The position numbers were made by a program, and so were the translations under genes. From the NCBI RefSeq assembly GCF_001194135.2, contig NC_068993.1, positions 49,193,190-49,226,952 of the forward strand: a DNA stretch of 33,763 nucleotides, written 5' to 3'. Positions 1-10,844 of the stretch are shown in pieces. Under the pieces are notes generated by a model. It was given only the letters and a program-made list of their open reading frames with translations. It made no database searches and was not told where the DNA came from. Numbering within the stretch: the first letter of the stretch is position 1; every line of letters begins with the position of its first letter. The stretch comes from Octopus bimaculoides (taxonomy: Eukaryota).

Positions 1-696
1 TATATATGTATGTATTCTCTCCGCTATTCTGACTGATCACGTCTTAAAGATGCTAGATTCGATTTCATAGAGTCGATAGCAGATGTGTGCATCTGTACAT
101 GTGTGTGTGTGTGTGTGCGTGAGTGAGTCTACTTATGTGTGCCTGCGCATACGTTGGCTAGCTTGCTTCGATAAAAATGTGTAATAATGTACGATGATAG
201 GAATATTCCGAGAGATAATTACTGGCTCTACAAGTACGTTACCTGTGCGCATGCACACATGCATAGGCATACACAAATACTTGTGCACACAAGTGCATAG
301 TAGATAGGAAAAAAAAAAGAAAAGAAGATGCAAGATAAGTCTGAAACAAAGTTCTAACAGTAGTTACTAGCAGCAACGTGTCTATCGAGATGTGAATTTA
401 TCCAAAAGATGAGGTGATATCCTGAGATAAGCTATAGATTGGCGTGATTTCGTTTTCCTTTTGTTTGTTTTTTTTGTTTTTTATTATTTCTTTTACTTGT
501 ATCCGAAGATTATGATTAATTACTATCCACTGATAGCTAAGCATGTGATATGCTCACCCGCTACATATTATATAAAGATCTTTTTATGTTCTTAACTCTA
601 CAGTTTTCTGCTAGATTTTTTTTACATTGTTAGATATTTGCATTGTCTAATATATATGTGTGTGTGTGTGTGTGTGTGCGTGTGTGTGTGTGTTTG

Positions 697-735
<39 letters not shown>

Positions 736-737
<2 letters not shown>

Positions 738-1042
738 GCTGGTTTGGCTGTGTTAGGAAAAGTTTGTTACACAATCACATCGTTTCAGTCCTACTGCGAG
801 GCACCTTGGGCAAGTTTATTCTATTATAACTTCTTATCGACCAGCAGCTTGTGTGTATGTGTGAGCGTAACGTTCTGTCTGTATCTCATCACTTTCCAAC
901 CGGTATTGGTTTGTTTACCTTTCCGTTACGTAGCAGTTCGACGAAGAAGATCGCTAAAATACGTACTAGGTTTAAAATAAGTACTGGGTTCAATTTGGTC
1001 AGTTGAATATCTTTCAAGAAATTTCCCAATGACTGAAATAAG
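736..1042 (+). mobile_element. Degenerate tRNA-derived SINE, family A (CORE-like GGCACCTTGGGCAAG block)
   Basis: Shares ACTGCG.GGCACCTTGGGCAAG, TACTAGG.TT..AA..AATAAG and the ATGACTGAAA tail with the copies at 19779 and 30030. Confidence 0.7.
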
Positions 1043-1092
1043 TTAACCAATATCTGTCTATCTTTATATATATATTATTTATTTATTTATTC

Positions 1093-1229
1093 ATGCGGCC
1101 TTTTAAAGCCTTGCCAGGCTCATGGACCCGGTTTCCCGGTTTCTGTGGCGTATGCGTTCCCCCCAGCTGGACGGGACGCCAGTCCATCGCAGCTTTACTC
1201 AAGAAACAAGAAGAAAGAGTGAGAGAAAG
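1093..1229 (-). mobile_element. 3' half of a SINE with a V-domain-like tail; 5' part lies in the gap
   Basis: Minus strand reads CTTTCTCTCACTCTTTCTTC.TGTTTCT (shared with the SINE at 7130-7513), then CTGCGATGGACTGGCGTCCCGTCCAG...ACAGAAACCGGG, which resembles the V-SINE domain from memory. Confidence 0.7.
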
Positions 1230-1483
1230 NNNNNNNNNNNNNNNNNNNNNNNNNNNNNNNNNNNNNNNNNNNNNNNNNNNNNNNNNNNNNNNNNNNNNNN
1301 NNNNNNNNNNNNNNNNNNNNNNNNNNNNNNNNNNNNNNNNNNNNNNNNNNNNNNNNNNNNNNNNNNNNNNNNNNNNNNNNNNNNNNNNNNNNNNNNNNNN
1401 NNNNNNNNNNNNNNNNNNNNNNNNNNNNNNNNNNNNNNNNNNNNNNNNNNNNNNNNNNNNNNNNNNNNNNNNNNNNNNNNNNN
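1230..1483. other. Assembly gap (N-run)
   Basis: N bases, between a SINE fragment and a (GA)n tract. Confidence 1.
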
Positions 1484-1541
<58 letters not shown>

Positions 1542-2134
1542 GGGGAGAATCGCTCATTGCGGTGACAAATTACTTTTCTATAACGTCAACAACTAGTTGA
1601 TAACATTATCCGTGGTTATAATAAGCGACTTCTACTGTATATATTATTTGCCAATGCTATAAACATTCATAAATATATCATTATTGGTTTTCACGATAGA
1701 CATTGTCATAAATATATTATTGGCAAATGGCACATTCTTATTTGGATTATTGGAATATGTGATAGATAAACACTCGTATATTATATAAGCTTAGGTGATG
1801 TGTGTAGGTGTGTAATAGCTAGCTTATGTGTTAAACACTGTCTTGAAGCCTAACTTAAACACAATGCCTCTCACTTGTAAGTAAACGGCTTAGCTCAATC
1901 TCAGTTTAAAATATTACTTATTCATTGACTCCAATTATATAAATGTCGATTTTGACTTCAGTGGGATTGGAACCCAGAACTAGGATCTACTGAACCAGTG
2001 TCAGCAAAGCTTCCACCTTAAGTACAAGCAATTTGGTTTTCTTCTATAGCGTCAAACTATTCAGTTCTGTGTCATGGAGGAGATTTTGAGGAAATAATCG
2101 ATTGTTATATAACTAGATAATTCTGAACATCTCT

Positions 2135-2330
2135 TAAGAAGAATTTGCTTCACAGTCACCTGGTTTCGAGTTCAATCCCAGTGAGATGCATTTTGGACAA
2201 ATTTCTTCTATTATAGCCACGGATCGGCCAGCGTGCTGTGTATATGTATGAGTGTGACCTTGTGTTTAACTCTTACCACTTGTAAACCGTAGCTGGTTTG
2301 TTCATGTTTCCATAACTTAAACGAAATTAT
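2135..2330 (+). mobile_element. Degenerate family A SINE
   Basis: B-box-like GAGTTCAATCCC followed by TTCTTCTATTATAGCC, matching family A order. Confidence 0.55.
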
Positions 2331-2439
2331 ATTGTCATATAAGTTTCGATTATTTGGTTTCAGTTAGAAGTAAGTATAAAACGAATAATAAGTTAATATT
2401 CTCCACGACATCTGGAATCTTTAAACCGTGACTTCTATT

Positions 2440-2580
2440 TATGTAGCATTAACTAGGTACGAGAAACATATCCATTCGCATCTGGATGGGACGCTAGTGA
2501 CTGTCATAACATTCCCAGAATATCTAGTCCCATCAAAATCCATTTCTGGTGACGTGTGAACTGAATGAAAACTGAAGTAT
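2440..2580 (-). mobile_element. Degenerate V-domain-like SINE fragment
   Basis: CTGGATGGGACGCTAGT on plus resembles CTGGACGGGACGCCAGT of the 1093-1229 copy. Confidence 0.4.
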
Positions 2581-2702
2581 AAATATACATGATACAGGGT
2601 ATTTCTTAAATTGTAATTCAAAACTATTAAGAACAAATGAAGATTGACAATACCACCATCATCACAAACAACAATAACAATAAAATAATAATCCTCTTTT
2701 CT

Positions 2703-3030
2703 AATTTAGGCACAAGGCCAGAAATTTTGAGAGATAGGGGTTAGTCTATTACATCGACTCCTATACTTTGCTAGTACTTACCGTAAGGATAGAAAGACAA
2801 ATTGTTCTCTGCGGGATTTGAACTCAGAACGTAAAGAACCGGAGCAAATACCCTGATGATTCTGATAATCTATCGCCCTAATAATTTTCAATATTGGCAC
2901 AAGTCCAGAAATTTTTAGGGGAGGGGGGGTTACTCGATTAAATAGACTCAGCATTTGACTGTTACATAATTTTATGAACTCTACAGACAAAGCCGAACTT
3001 GATGGGTTTGAACTCGTAAAGAGCCAAAGC
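2703..3030 (-). mobile_element. Two adjacent degenerate family B SINE copies (~2703-2850 and ~2893-3030)
   Basis: Each has GGCACAAG.CCAG.AATTTT, and the first has GATTTGAACTCAGAACGTAAAG (reverse B-box), as in the 14625 and 22612 copies. Confidence 0.65.
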
Positions 3031-3321
3031 GAAACACTACTCGCCGTTTTGTTCGATGATTGAATGGTAGGTAATTAGAGGAAATCTTTTGTTTGAGTAG
3101 TGTCTTTCTTAAAGTATTAATAATTCTCTATTTTGGTTAGTGTAAGTTTTCTTATACAAAGTTCATTTCATATTATTGTTGGCCAACTACTTTTAGCCTG
3201 CAGCCCACCTCCTTGTTTAAGAAAAATATTAAAAATATGATAAAATCAACTCGAATTTTGACAAAAGAATCAAAATGACGAGAAAAATTATTTGTACATA
3301 ACTAAGCATACGCATTCTGAG

Positions 3322-3365
<44 letters not shown>

Positions 3366-3532
3366 ATGATATATATACATGTGTATATATATGTGTATGT
3401 GTATGTGTGCATATATGGGTACAGGACGTCACCAACTGTGCAAACAACATGAAATCGTAAAAACAGGACAGGTAAACACAGAGAAGGGACCCTTCATCAG
3501 TTGTCGGCTGTCTATCCTCATTTCGAGCATTC

Positions 3533-3606
3533 AACGACATAGCTTAATGGTAGAGCACTTGATCGGAAATCAAAGGAATGTGAGTTCGATTCTCATGGCT
3601 GGTTGC
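3533..3606 (+). pseudogene. tRNA-like sequence (tRNA pseudogene or SINE head)
   Basis: D-arm/A-box TAGCTTAATGGTAGAGC, anticodon-like stem TTGA-TCGGAAA-TCAA, T-arm GTGAG-TTCGATT-CTCAT. The acceptor stem has about 3 mismatches, so it is not a functional tRNA. Confidence 0.6.
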
Positions 3607-3737
3607 TGACAGATTTTTCTGCTCTGTAAGGGATATTATCCCATGTAGTTTCAAAGAGAAAATATAACATTATATACAAAACACCAATAAATATCTAAAA
3701 CGTGCGAGTGCGTGTATATATATATATTTTTTTTTCC

Positions 3738-3820
3738 GTATTCCCGAGCGTCATACTAATACATCCTTTTGTTGTTTACACCACCTGTCCTCGTCTGTTG
3801 TTGGTTTTTCGTACATTCTC
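3738..3820 (+). mobile_element. Fragment of the repeat family also present at 8935-9125 (opposite orientation)
   Basis: TTCCCGAGCGTC...GTCCTCGTCTGTTGTTGGTTTTT is the reverse complement of AAAAAACAACAACGTGAGGAC...GACGCTCGGGAA at ~8955-9006. Confidence 0.6.
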
Positions 3821-3828
3821 CCATATAT

Positions 3829-4805
3829 NNNNNNNNNNNNNNNNNNNNNNNNNNNNNNNNNNNNNNNNNNNNNNNNNNNNNNNNNNNNNNNNNNNNNNNN
3901 NNNNNNNNNNNNNNNNNNNNNNNNNNNNNNNNNNNNNNNNNNNNNNNNNNNNNNNNNNNNNNNNNNNNNNNNNNNNNNNNNNNNNNNNNNNNNNNNNNNN
4001 NNNNNNNNNNNNNNNNNNNNNNNNNNNNNNNNNNNNNNNNNNNNNNNNNNNNNNNNNNNNNNNNNNNNNNNNNNNNNNNNNNNNNNNNNNNNNNNNNNNN
4101 NNNNNNNNNNNNNNNNNNNNNNNNNNNNNNNNNNNNNNNNNNNNNNNNNNNNNNNNNNNNNNNNNNNNNNNNNNNNNNNNNNNNNNNNNNNNNNNNNNNN
4201 NNNNNNNNNNNNNNNNNNNNNNNNNNNNNNNNNNNNNNNNNNNNNNNNNNNNNNNNNNNNNNNNNNNNNNNNNNNNNNNNNNNNNNNNNNNNNNNNNNNN
4301 NNNNNNNNNNNNNNNNNNNNNNNNNNNNNNNNNNNNNNNNNNNNNNNNNNNNNNNNNNNNNNNNNNNNNNNNNNNNNNNNNNNNNNNNNNNNNNNNNNNN
4401 NNNNNNNNNNNNNNNNNNNNNNNNNNNNNNNNNNNNNNNNNNNNNNNNNNNNNNNNNNNNNNNNNNNNNNNNNNNNNNNNNNNNNNNNNNNNNNNNNNNN
4501 NNNNNNNNNNNNNNNNNNNNNNNNNNNNNNNNNNNNNNNNNNNNNNNNNNNNNNNNNNNNNNNNNNNNNNNNNNNNNNNNNNNNNNNNNNNNNNNNNNNN
4601 NNNNNNNNNNNNNNNNNNNNNNNNNNNNNNNNNNNNNNNNNNNNNNNNNNNNNNNNNNNNNNNNNNNNNNNNNNNNNNNNNNNNNNNNNNNNNNNNNNNN
4701 NNNNNNNNNNNNNNNNNNNNNNNNNNNNNNNNNNNNNNNNNNNNNNNNNNNNNNNNNNNNNNNNNNNNNNNNNNNNNNNNNNNNNNNNNNNNNNNNNNNN
4801 NNNNN
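3829..4805. other. Assembly gap (N-run)
   Basis: N bases; source of the 360-370 aa X-filled ORFs. Confidence 1.
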
Positions 4806-4988
4806 CTGTTGTGCCTGTAATTCAAAGGGCCAGCCTTGTCACACTGTGTCACGCTGAATCTCCCCAAGAACTACGTTAAGGGTACACGTGTCTGTGGAGT
4901 GCTCAGCCACTTGCACGTTAATTTCACGAGCAGGCTGTTCCGTTGATCGGATCAACTGGAACCCTCGACGTCGTAAGCGACGGAGTGC

Positions 4989-4997
<9 letters not shown>
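4806..4997 (+). mobile_element. 3' part of a young SINE (same family as 7130-7513), with (CAA)n tail
   Basis: 177/184 identity to the reverse complement of 7141-7324 by manual alignment; 3' stem-loop GTTCC-GTTGATC-G-GATCAAC-T-GGAAC at 4937-4962. Confidence 0.85.
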
Positions 4998-5037
<40 letters not shown>

Positions 5038-5699
5038 CACTCGCACGTTTTAAATATTGGTGTTTTGTATATATAATGTTATATTTTCTCTTTCAAACTA
5101 TCACGATAGGACTAAAGGTTTGTGAATTGATATGATTGCACACTTTAGGCTTACATCGGAAGAAAATCCACTTCGCAGATTTCTGTCTCCATTCCTGATC
5201 ATAGACCAATCATTTTCTGAAGCATAAATAGCCACCCAACGGATGCTCTTAGGAAGGAACTTGTCAACATATTCCAGAGTTAGACTTAAAGATCAAAGAT
5301 GATTTCAATCTAAGTATAGTTAATTTCTTAGATATAACTCTGTATCTAAGGATTAGTAAAAAACAAACGAACAAACAAACAAAAACAGCCCAAGCCTATA
5401 TAGTAAGCCTAAGGAGGATATTGCAGTATATTTATATAAATTCTAACTATCCTTTAAATCATTCTTAAAAACTTGGTTAATGGTATTAGTTAGAAGATAT
5501 CACGCTTGCCTTTCAACACGGAATCCTTTAACCGTATTTCTCCTTATTATACTGATTCGTTAACAAGCAGTATATCCGTTACCTCGTTCACCGTCAATCG
5601 TTTAAAGGCAAAATTCTGGGTAACGGTTCAAGGAAGTTTCAGCCTCTAATAATTTACTCCAGGTGACAAGTTTTTTTTGTTTTTTTTTTTGAGAGGAGA

Positions 5700-5868
5700 G
5701 GTTTAGTTGGCATCAGCGACACCAGTATTTAACTGGTACTTTATTTTATTGAACGCGAGTGAATGAAAAGCGAAATTGATCACATAGGGATTTGAACTCA
5801 GAACGTAAAGAGCCGGAATGTATACTGCAAATCATGCTTTCAGACGCACCAGCGATTCTACCAGCGAG
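5700..5868 (-). mobile_element. Degenerate family B SINE
   Basis: CCAGTATTTAACTGGTACTT and GATTTGAACTCAGAACGTAAAG motifs. Confidence 0.65.
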
Positions 5869-5984
5869 CTATATTACCATGTACACACGCGCGCACACAA
5901 GTGGTCGACGCTTTATCCATGTTTTTGGTAATAATTAAGAGAGCTAAAATCTATGCAAATATTCCTTAGTAAACGTTGGTATAA

Positions 5985-5985
<1 letters not shown>

Positions 5986-6064
<79 letters not shown>
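5986..6064. repeat. Compound (CT)n(AT)n microsatellite
   Basis: Read directly. Confidence 0.95.
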
Positions 6065-6069
<5 letters not shown>

Positions 6070-6699
6070 TTTGTGCATGTATGTATATATCTGTGTGTGA
6101 ATGTGTGTGTAAAACTTTAGTGTGTAATATGTATATTATATAACTTTTGTTAATATAATTTTAATGTTTATATATGTGTATGTACGCATGTGTGAGTATA
6201 TACATGTCTGTTAGTGTCTATGTATATGTGCGCGCACACCAGTTTTAATGGTAGTATATATCCGTATAGTTATATAACTGTTTGTCTGTCCTGCATCAAA
6301 CACTGCTGATTTCAGATCGACTTTCAATTGGATACACGAATTACGCAATATTCTATACGATATGCAAACGGTTTATGGTCACATTGATCTTCGACTTATT
6401 CACGATTTCATCTACTTACGGAAATAGCTACCATTTTATTGAGTATATTTTTAAATTCATCAAATGTTCAATGTTGCACGCGCGCGCGCACGCACACACA
6501 AGATGAATATATTAAAAAATGTATTAAATTCTACTCAATCATTAACAAAGCCAGTATGTGATTCTGTGCTCAATCCAGCTTAGGAAATTTATCTCAATTT
6601 CGGAATTTTAATTTCGATATTTTTAATCAACGATTTCCTTTCGCCACACATTTGCGGCGTTGTCTATTACGAATCATTGTTATTTTAGTCACTGTCCAG

Positions 6700-6895
6700 G
6701 AGGCGGCGTGCTCGTAAAAGTCGTTGGCGCATCGTAGAAATGATTTGCAGTATTTCTGTTCTAGTTTCAAATCCCACCGAATTTAGTTTTGTCTTTTATC
6801 CTTTCGGGGTCGACAAAATAAGGTGCAAGTCAAGTACTGGTGCTGATGGTGTCGACTAACTTCCTTCTCATTCAGAATTACTCCTAAATTTGAAA
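6700..6895 (+). mobile_element. Family B SINE
   Basis: B-box-like GTTTCAAATCC, then TCCTTTCGGGGTCGAC and AGTCAAGTACTGG. Confidence 0.7.
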
Positions 6896-7129
6896 TGATT
6901 ATTAGTAACTTTTGAAAATTCTTCCCGGGTTGAAAACAGTTTCTGCATCTCAGTTTAGTTCTGTGTCTGGTGCTTCTCCAAAAATATATAATTCCGTTAA
7001 CTGGCCGACGTTATATGCTTTGTTCAGATGAACCTGAAAGAAAAAAAAAACGTATAGAAACATTTTTACATACGTGATACAATGAAGTTTTGTATGTGTA
7101 TGTGAGAGAGAAACAGCCTTATTTAGACT

Positions 7130-7513
7130 CTCTCTCTCTAGGCACTCCGTCGCTTACTACGTCGAGGGTTCCAGTTGATCCGATCAACGGAACAGCCTGC
7201 TCGTGAAATTAACGTGCAAGTGGCTGAGCTCTCCACAGACACGTGTACCCTTAACGTAGTTCTCGGGGAAATTTAGCGTGACACAGTGTGACAAGGCTGG
7301 CCCTTTGAAATACAGGTACAACAGAAACAGGAAGAAAGAGTGAGAGAAAGTTGTGGTGGAAGAGTACAGCAGGGTTCGCCACCGTCCCCTGCAAGAGCCT
7401 CGTGGAGTTTTAGGTGTTTTCACTCAATAGACACTCACAACGCCCGGTCTGGGAATCGAAACCGATCCTATGACCGCGATTCCGCTGTCCTAACCACTGG
7501 GCCATTGCGTCTC
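7130..7513 (-). mobile_element. Full-length tRNA-derived SINE with target-site duplication
   Basis: Minus-strand head GGAGACGCAATGGCCCAGTGGTTAGG (A-box) and GGTTTCGATTCCC (B-box), 3' stem-loop, (AG)n tail. Flanked by CCTTATTTAGACT (7117-7129) and CCTTGTTTAGACT (7514-7526), a 12/13 TSD. Confidence 0.9.
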
Positions 7514-7799
7514 CCTTGTTTAGACTACATGTTAGCTTATTTGAAATTACTAAAAATGTCGATTTGTTAAGTTGATTAGAAAATGCCTTTTTATCAACCA
7601 AATTAGAATGTTAAAAGGGTAATCAATCGAGAGTCAAGACTATTGAAAAGGTTGCAAGACGCAACGAAAATTTTAGGAAAATAAGTGGAAATTTTAACGG
7701 TGAGTGTGTTAAATTTTAGGACACGATAAGAAAATGACTCTCCCCAGACACAGCAATCGAATAAGGTTCACATCTTCCTTTTTATATTCAGTACTTAAA

Positions 7800-8000
7800 A
7801 CTGAAGGAGTCAACAGCGGAGCACAGAGTCAGTTGTTGGACTTGCCAGAAGTATCAGCTTTTCTTCAAATCGCCCTCTACTCTTTTAAAAGACGAAGGAC
7901 ACATTGGATGATGGAAAAAAGAAGTTAATCGTGGTTTCAACGCCTTTCCTTGACCTTAAGTCGGTTTGATCAGAGTTGACCTGATCAACAAGAACGTGAA
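7800..8000 (+). mobile_element. Degenerate dispersed repeat, family C
   Basis: TGCCAGAA.TA.CAGC, GAAGGACACATTGGA and GATCAGAGTTGACCTG correspond to the reverse complement of 27550-27775. Confidence 0.55.
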
Positions 8001-8137
8001 CTAGTCTTTTTGAGGTTTCCCAATCAAAACAGCTTATTTTTCTCAGCTTCGTTAATAAATATCACACTCTCTCTCTCATATATATATATATAATATACAA
8101 AAATAAGAGGAATGACTAGCAAAAGTGGACTACTATA

Positions 8138-8570
8138 TGCTAGAAATAGATGCCGAATCATCTAACCACGAAAAATATGTTCTCAGTAAAAATTTATCGA
8201 CACAACCAGTAAATTAGCTGCAAAAATTTATTAACTGCAGAGTTATTTCCGGACTTAGCGCGCCAGATTGAAGACATTTGAAGGGATACACTGAATGTAA
8301 TTTATAGAACTCTACACGTGCTCTCTTTCGGGTGGACGTTTTGTGTCTAGTTCTGGAAATTACATTTTATAAATCGACAGACTACGCCGATGATCCTGCA
8401 GATATTTACTTACGTAAATTTTAACAGGTGAAACCATGGTACGTAGGTTAATCGTTTTTTTTAAATTTAGTATTTTTTCATTTGTCTTGCCCTTTTACAG
8501 TCTGTTGTGTCGATAAATTTTTACTGAGAACATTTTTCGTGGTTAGATGATTCGGCATCTATTTCTAGCA
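8138..8570. mobile_element. Foldback/MITE-like element with long inverted repeats
   Basis: Arms 8138-8206 and 8504-8570 are perfectly complementary apart from one 2-nt indel; inner IR 8294-8317/8343-8366 matches 20/24. Confidence 0.8.
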
Positions 8571-8599
8571 AGATCACAACATCGATTTGATCAAGATCA

Positions 8600-8708
8600 C
8601 AACATTCCCCTTAATCGGGACGCCGGTCCATTGCAGGGTCCAAGGGTAGGTGACCAGTAAATCATAAATACCCCAGTACTTGACTCGTAATTTGTTTTAT
8701 CCAACCAG
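8600..8708 (-). mobile_element. SINE fragment: family B body joined to a V-domain-like tail, truncated by gap
   Basis: Minus strand reads GAGTCAAGTACTGGGGT...CCCTGCAATGGACCGGCGTCCCG. Confidence 0.55.
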
Positions 8709-8903
8709 NNNNNNNNNNNNNNNNNNNNNNNNNNNNNNNNNNNNNNNNNNNNNNNNNNNNNNNNNNNNNNNNNNNNNNNNNNNNNNNNNNNNNNNNNNNN
8801 NNNNNNNNNNNNNNNNNNNNNNNNNNNNNNNNNNNNNNNNNNNNNNNNNNNNNNNNNNNNNNNNNNNNNNNNNNNNNNNNNNNNNNNNNNNNNNNNNNNN
8901 NNN
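8709..8903. other. Assembly gap (N-run)
   Basis: N bases. Confidence 1.
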
Positions 8904-8934
8904 ATATATATATATATATATATATATAAGTTCC

Positions 8935-9125
8935 AAAAAAAGGAAAAAGACAAAAAAACAACAACGTGAGGACGTGATACAGATTGTGTTACTAGACGCT
9001 CGGGAAAGGAAAGAGAGAGAGAGTATGGCGTTTCGAGCGGAGCTCTTCGTCGGAAACAAAGTCCAAAGAAGGGAAAAACGAAGGAAGAAAAAATCGCCAC
9101 CGATGTCCACGAGGTTACATTGGAG
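8935..9125 (-). mobile_element. Non-autonomous repeat with a degenerate hammerhead-like motif (Penelope-like/retrozyme-type, inferred)
   Basis: Minus strand GTTT-CCGACGAA-GAGC-TCC-GCTC-GAAACG; homologous to 3738-3820; same core architecture as 14840-14925. Confidence 0.5.
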
Positions 9126-10020
9126 TAAGTTGGTGTATTGCACCTAAGCAATCGTAAGTTCATAGATACTTCATATAGTTTCGATATACATCAGGGCCAG
9201 GTCAGTTTCTTAATTGTACGTGTGTACTTCAGTGTGTACTCCGGTTGCCCAGAGACATTGAAAAAACAGTTACTAGATAACGAAACTGTTTTAGCCATGA
9301 GAATTTGTATGTTAATGTTTCGTCCACTTATGTTGCACCTACAGCAAGAGCGGTTACATCAAATCGTAGTGAAAACATTTATTCTAAATACGTATTTTCT
9401 ACCAGAATACAGTAAATGAACAAATAAATAACATTGCAAATTATGTGTTAATTATTTCGATCAACTAATGACAGTCTACGTTGAGTATTAAATTAAATGG
9501 TTATCATTATTATTTTCATTTTGGTTTGTTTTAATAAACTAAAGAAAATTTAATTGTCATTAAAAATAATTTATCGCAAACTCATATATATGTTATTATA
9601 AACCAACATGACAACTTTGGCTAAAGACTAATAACAATCAGCTGCCTAGGTGTTTTGCAGTATTTATTTACGTTTCTTTTATGTTCTGTGTTCATATCCT
9701 CCGAGCTCGATAAAATAAATACCAGTAATATATCTAATCTATTCAACTGACTAACTTTTACCACGCCACTAATTTGTGGCTTAGTGTGAAAGTTAGAAAT
9801 TACAATTAAAATCTAGGATTGACTGGTAGAATGACGAATGAGATGAGTTTCTGACAAATATCTTGTAATATTTAGTAATATTTCATTATGTTTTGCATTC
9901 AAATCCCACATGTTAATATTTTCCCTTGCATCATAAGTCAAGTACTTGGGTTCATTTAGCTAGGTTCCGCCAGCTATCCCTCCTTTCATTTCTGGGTCGT
10001 GTGTCTAAGTTAGGGATGTA

Positions 10021-10238
10021 GGCGCGTAACCTGGTGGTTAAGGGTGTTGCAAGATCGTCGTTTCGATACTAGAACCGGGCGGTGCGTTTGCGTTCTTTAG
10101 TAAAACACTTCATTTCACGTAGCTTCAGTTCCTCAGCTGTAAATGAATAACTTTGCAGTGGACTAGCAACCCGTTCAGGGAAATGCTGTTATCTTGGTCA
10201 GTTATATGCTATGGAAACCGGGTACGCGACACTATGAG
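10021..10238 (+). mobile_element. Degenerate tRNA-head, CORE-like, V-domain-like SINE
   Basis: Head GGCGCG...GGTGGTTAAG, B-box-like GTTTCGATAC, CTCAGCTGTAAATG, then TGCAGTGGACTAGCAACCCGTTCAGGG...GGAAACCGGG. Confidence 0.6.
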
Positions 10239-10844
10239 TACGAGGATATAAACAGTAATATTCAGGGGTCTTACTTCACTTATTTCTTATCTGAGTTAGA
10301 AGCTTTATTAAAGCTTAGATAACACTCTGTAGGTATATATCCCACTAAAGCTTCTAAAATGTATAGCTTTGTATCTAAGCATCTACGTTAGAAATCAAAT
10401 CAATGTTAAGTCCCCAAAGAAAAATAAAATAAAATGTCAGTCTAGCCACATTATATTTTATTCTCTTTGTTGTTCCTTTTTTAGTTGTTTAAACTATAAT
10501 TGACGGTCCTAGTGTCACCAAATATTTACAGAGATTGACAAATGGTTTTCCGACCGTGCTATCTCGATATCAAATCATATCAGCCTCTCCAGTTTCTGTT
10601 TGCTTAGATTTTTTAAATCTTTTTCTTGTTTACTTAGCTTGTTTATTCGTTTCTATTTGCTTGTTTTCATTTAAAAACTTTATAATTTTTATGAGATTTG
10701 AGTTGACACCACTTTCTTGTCTATCTTACATACTCGTCACACACTCCACGTCACGTATACACACATAACATACATTCTCCTCCCTAGAAATAACATGTTT
10801 TTTATATTTTTCTTTAACGTTTCGGTTATTGAACGCAGGCATTG

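Noticed and set aside
3702-4867. Long ORFs of 360-370 aa (also those at 1093-1596, 8597-9163, 19312-19922 and 31808-33194)
   Set aside because: They are open only because N-runs contain no stop codons.
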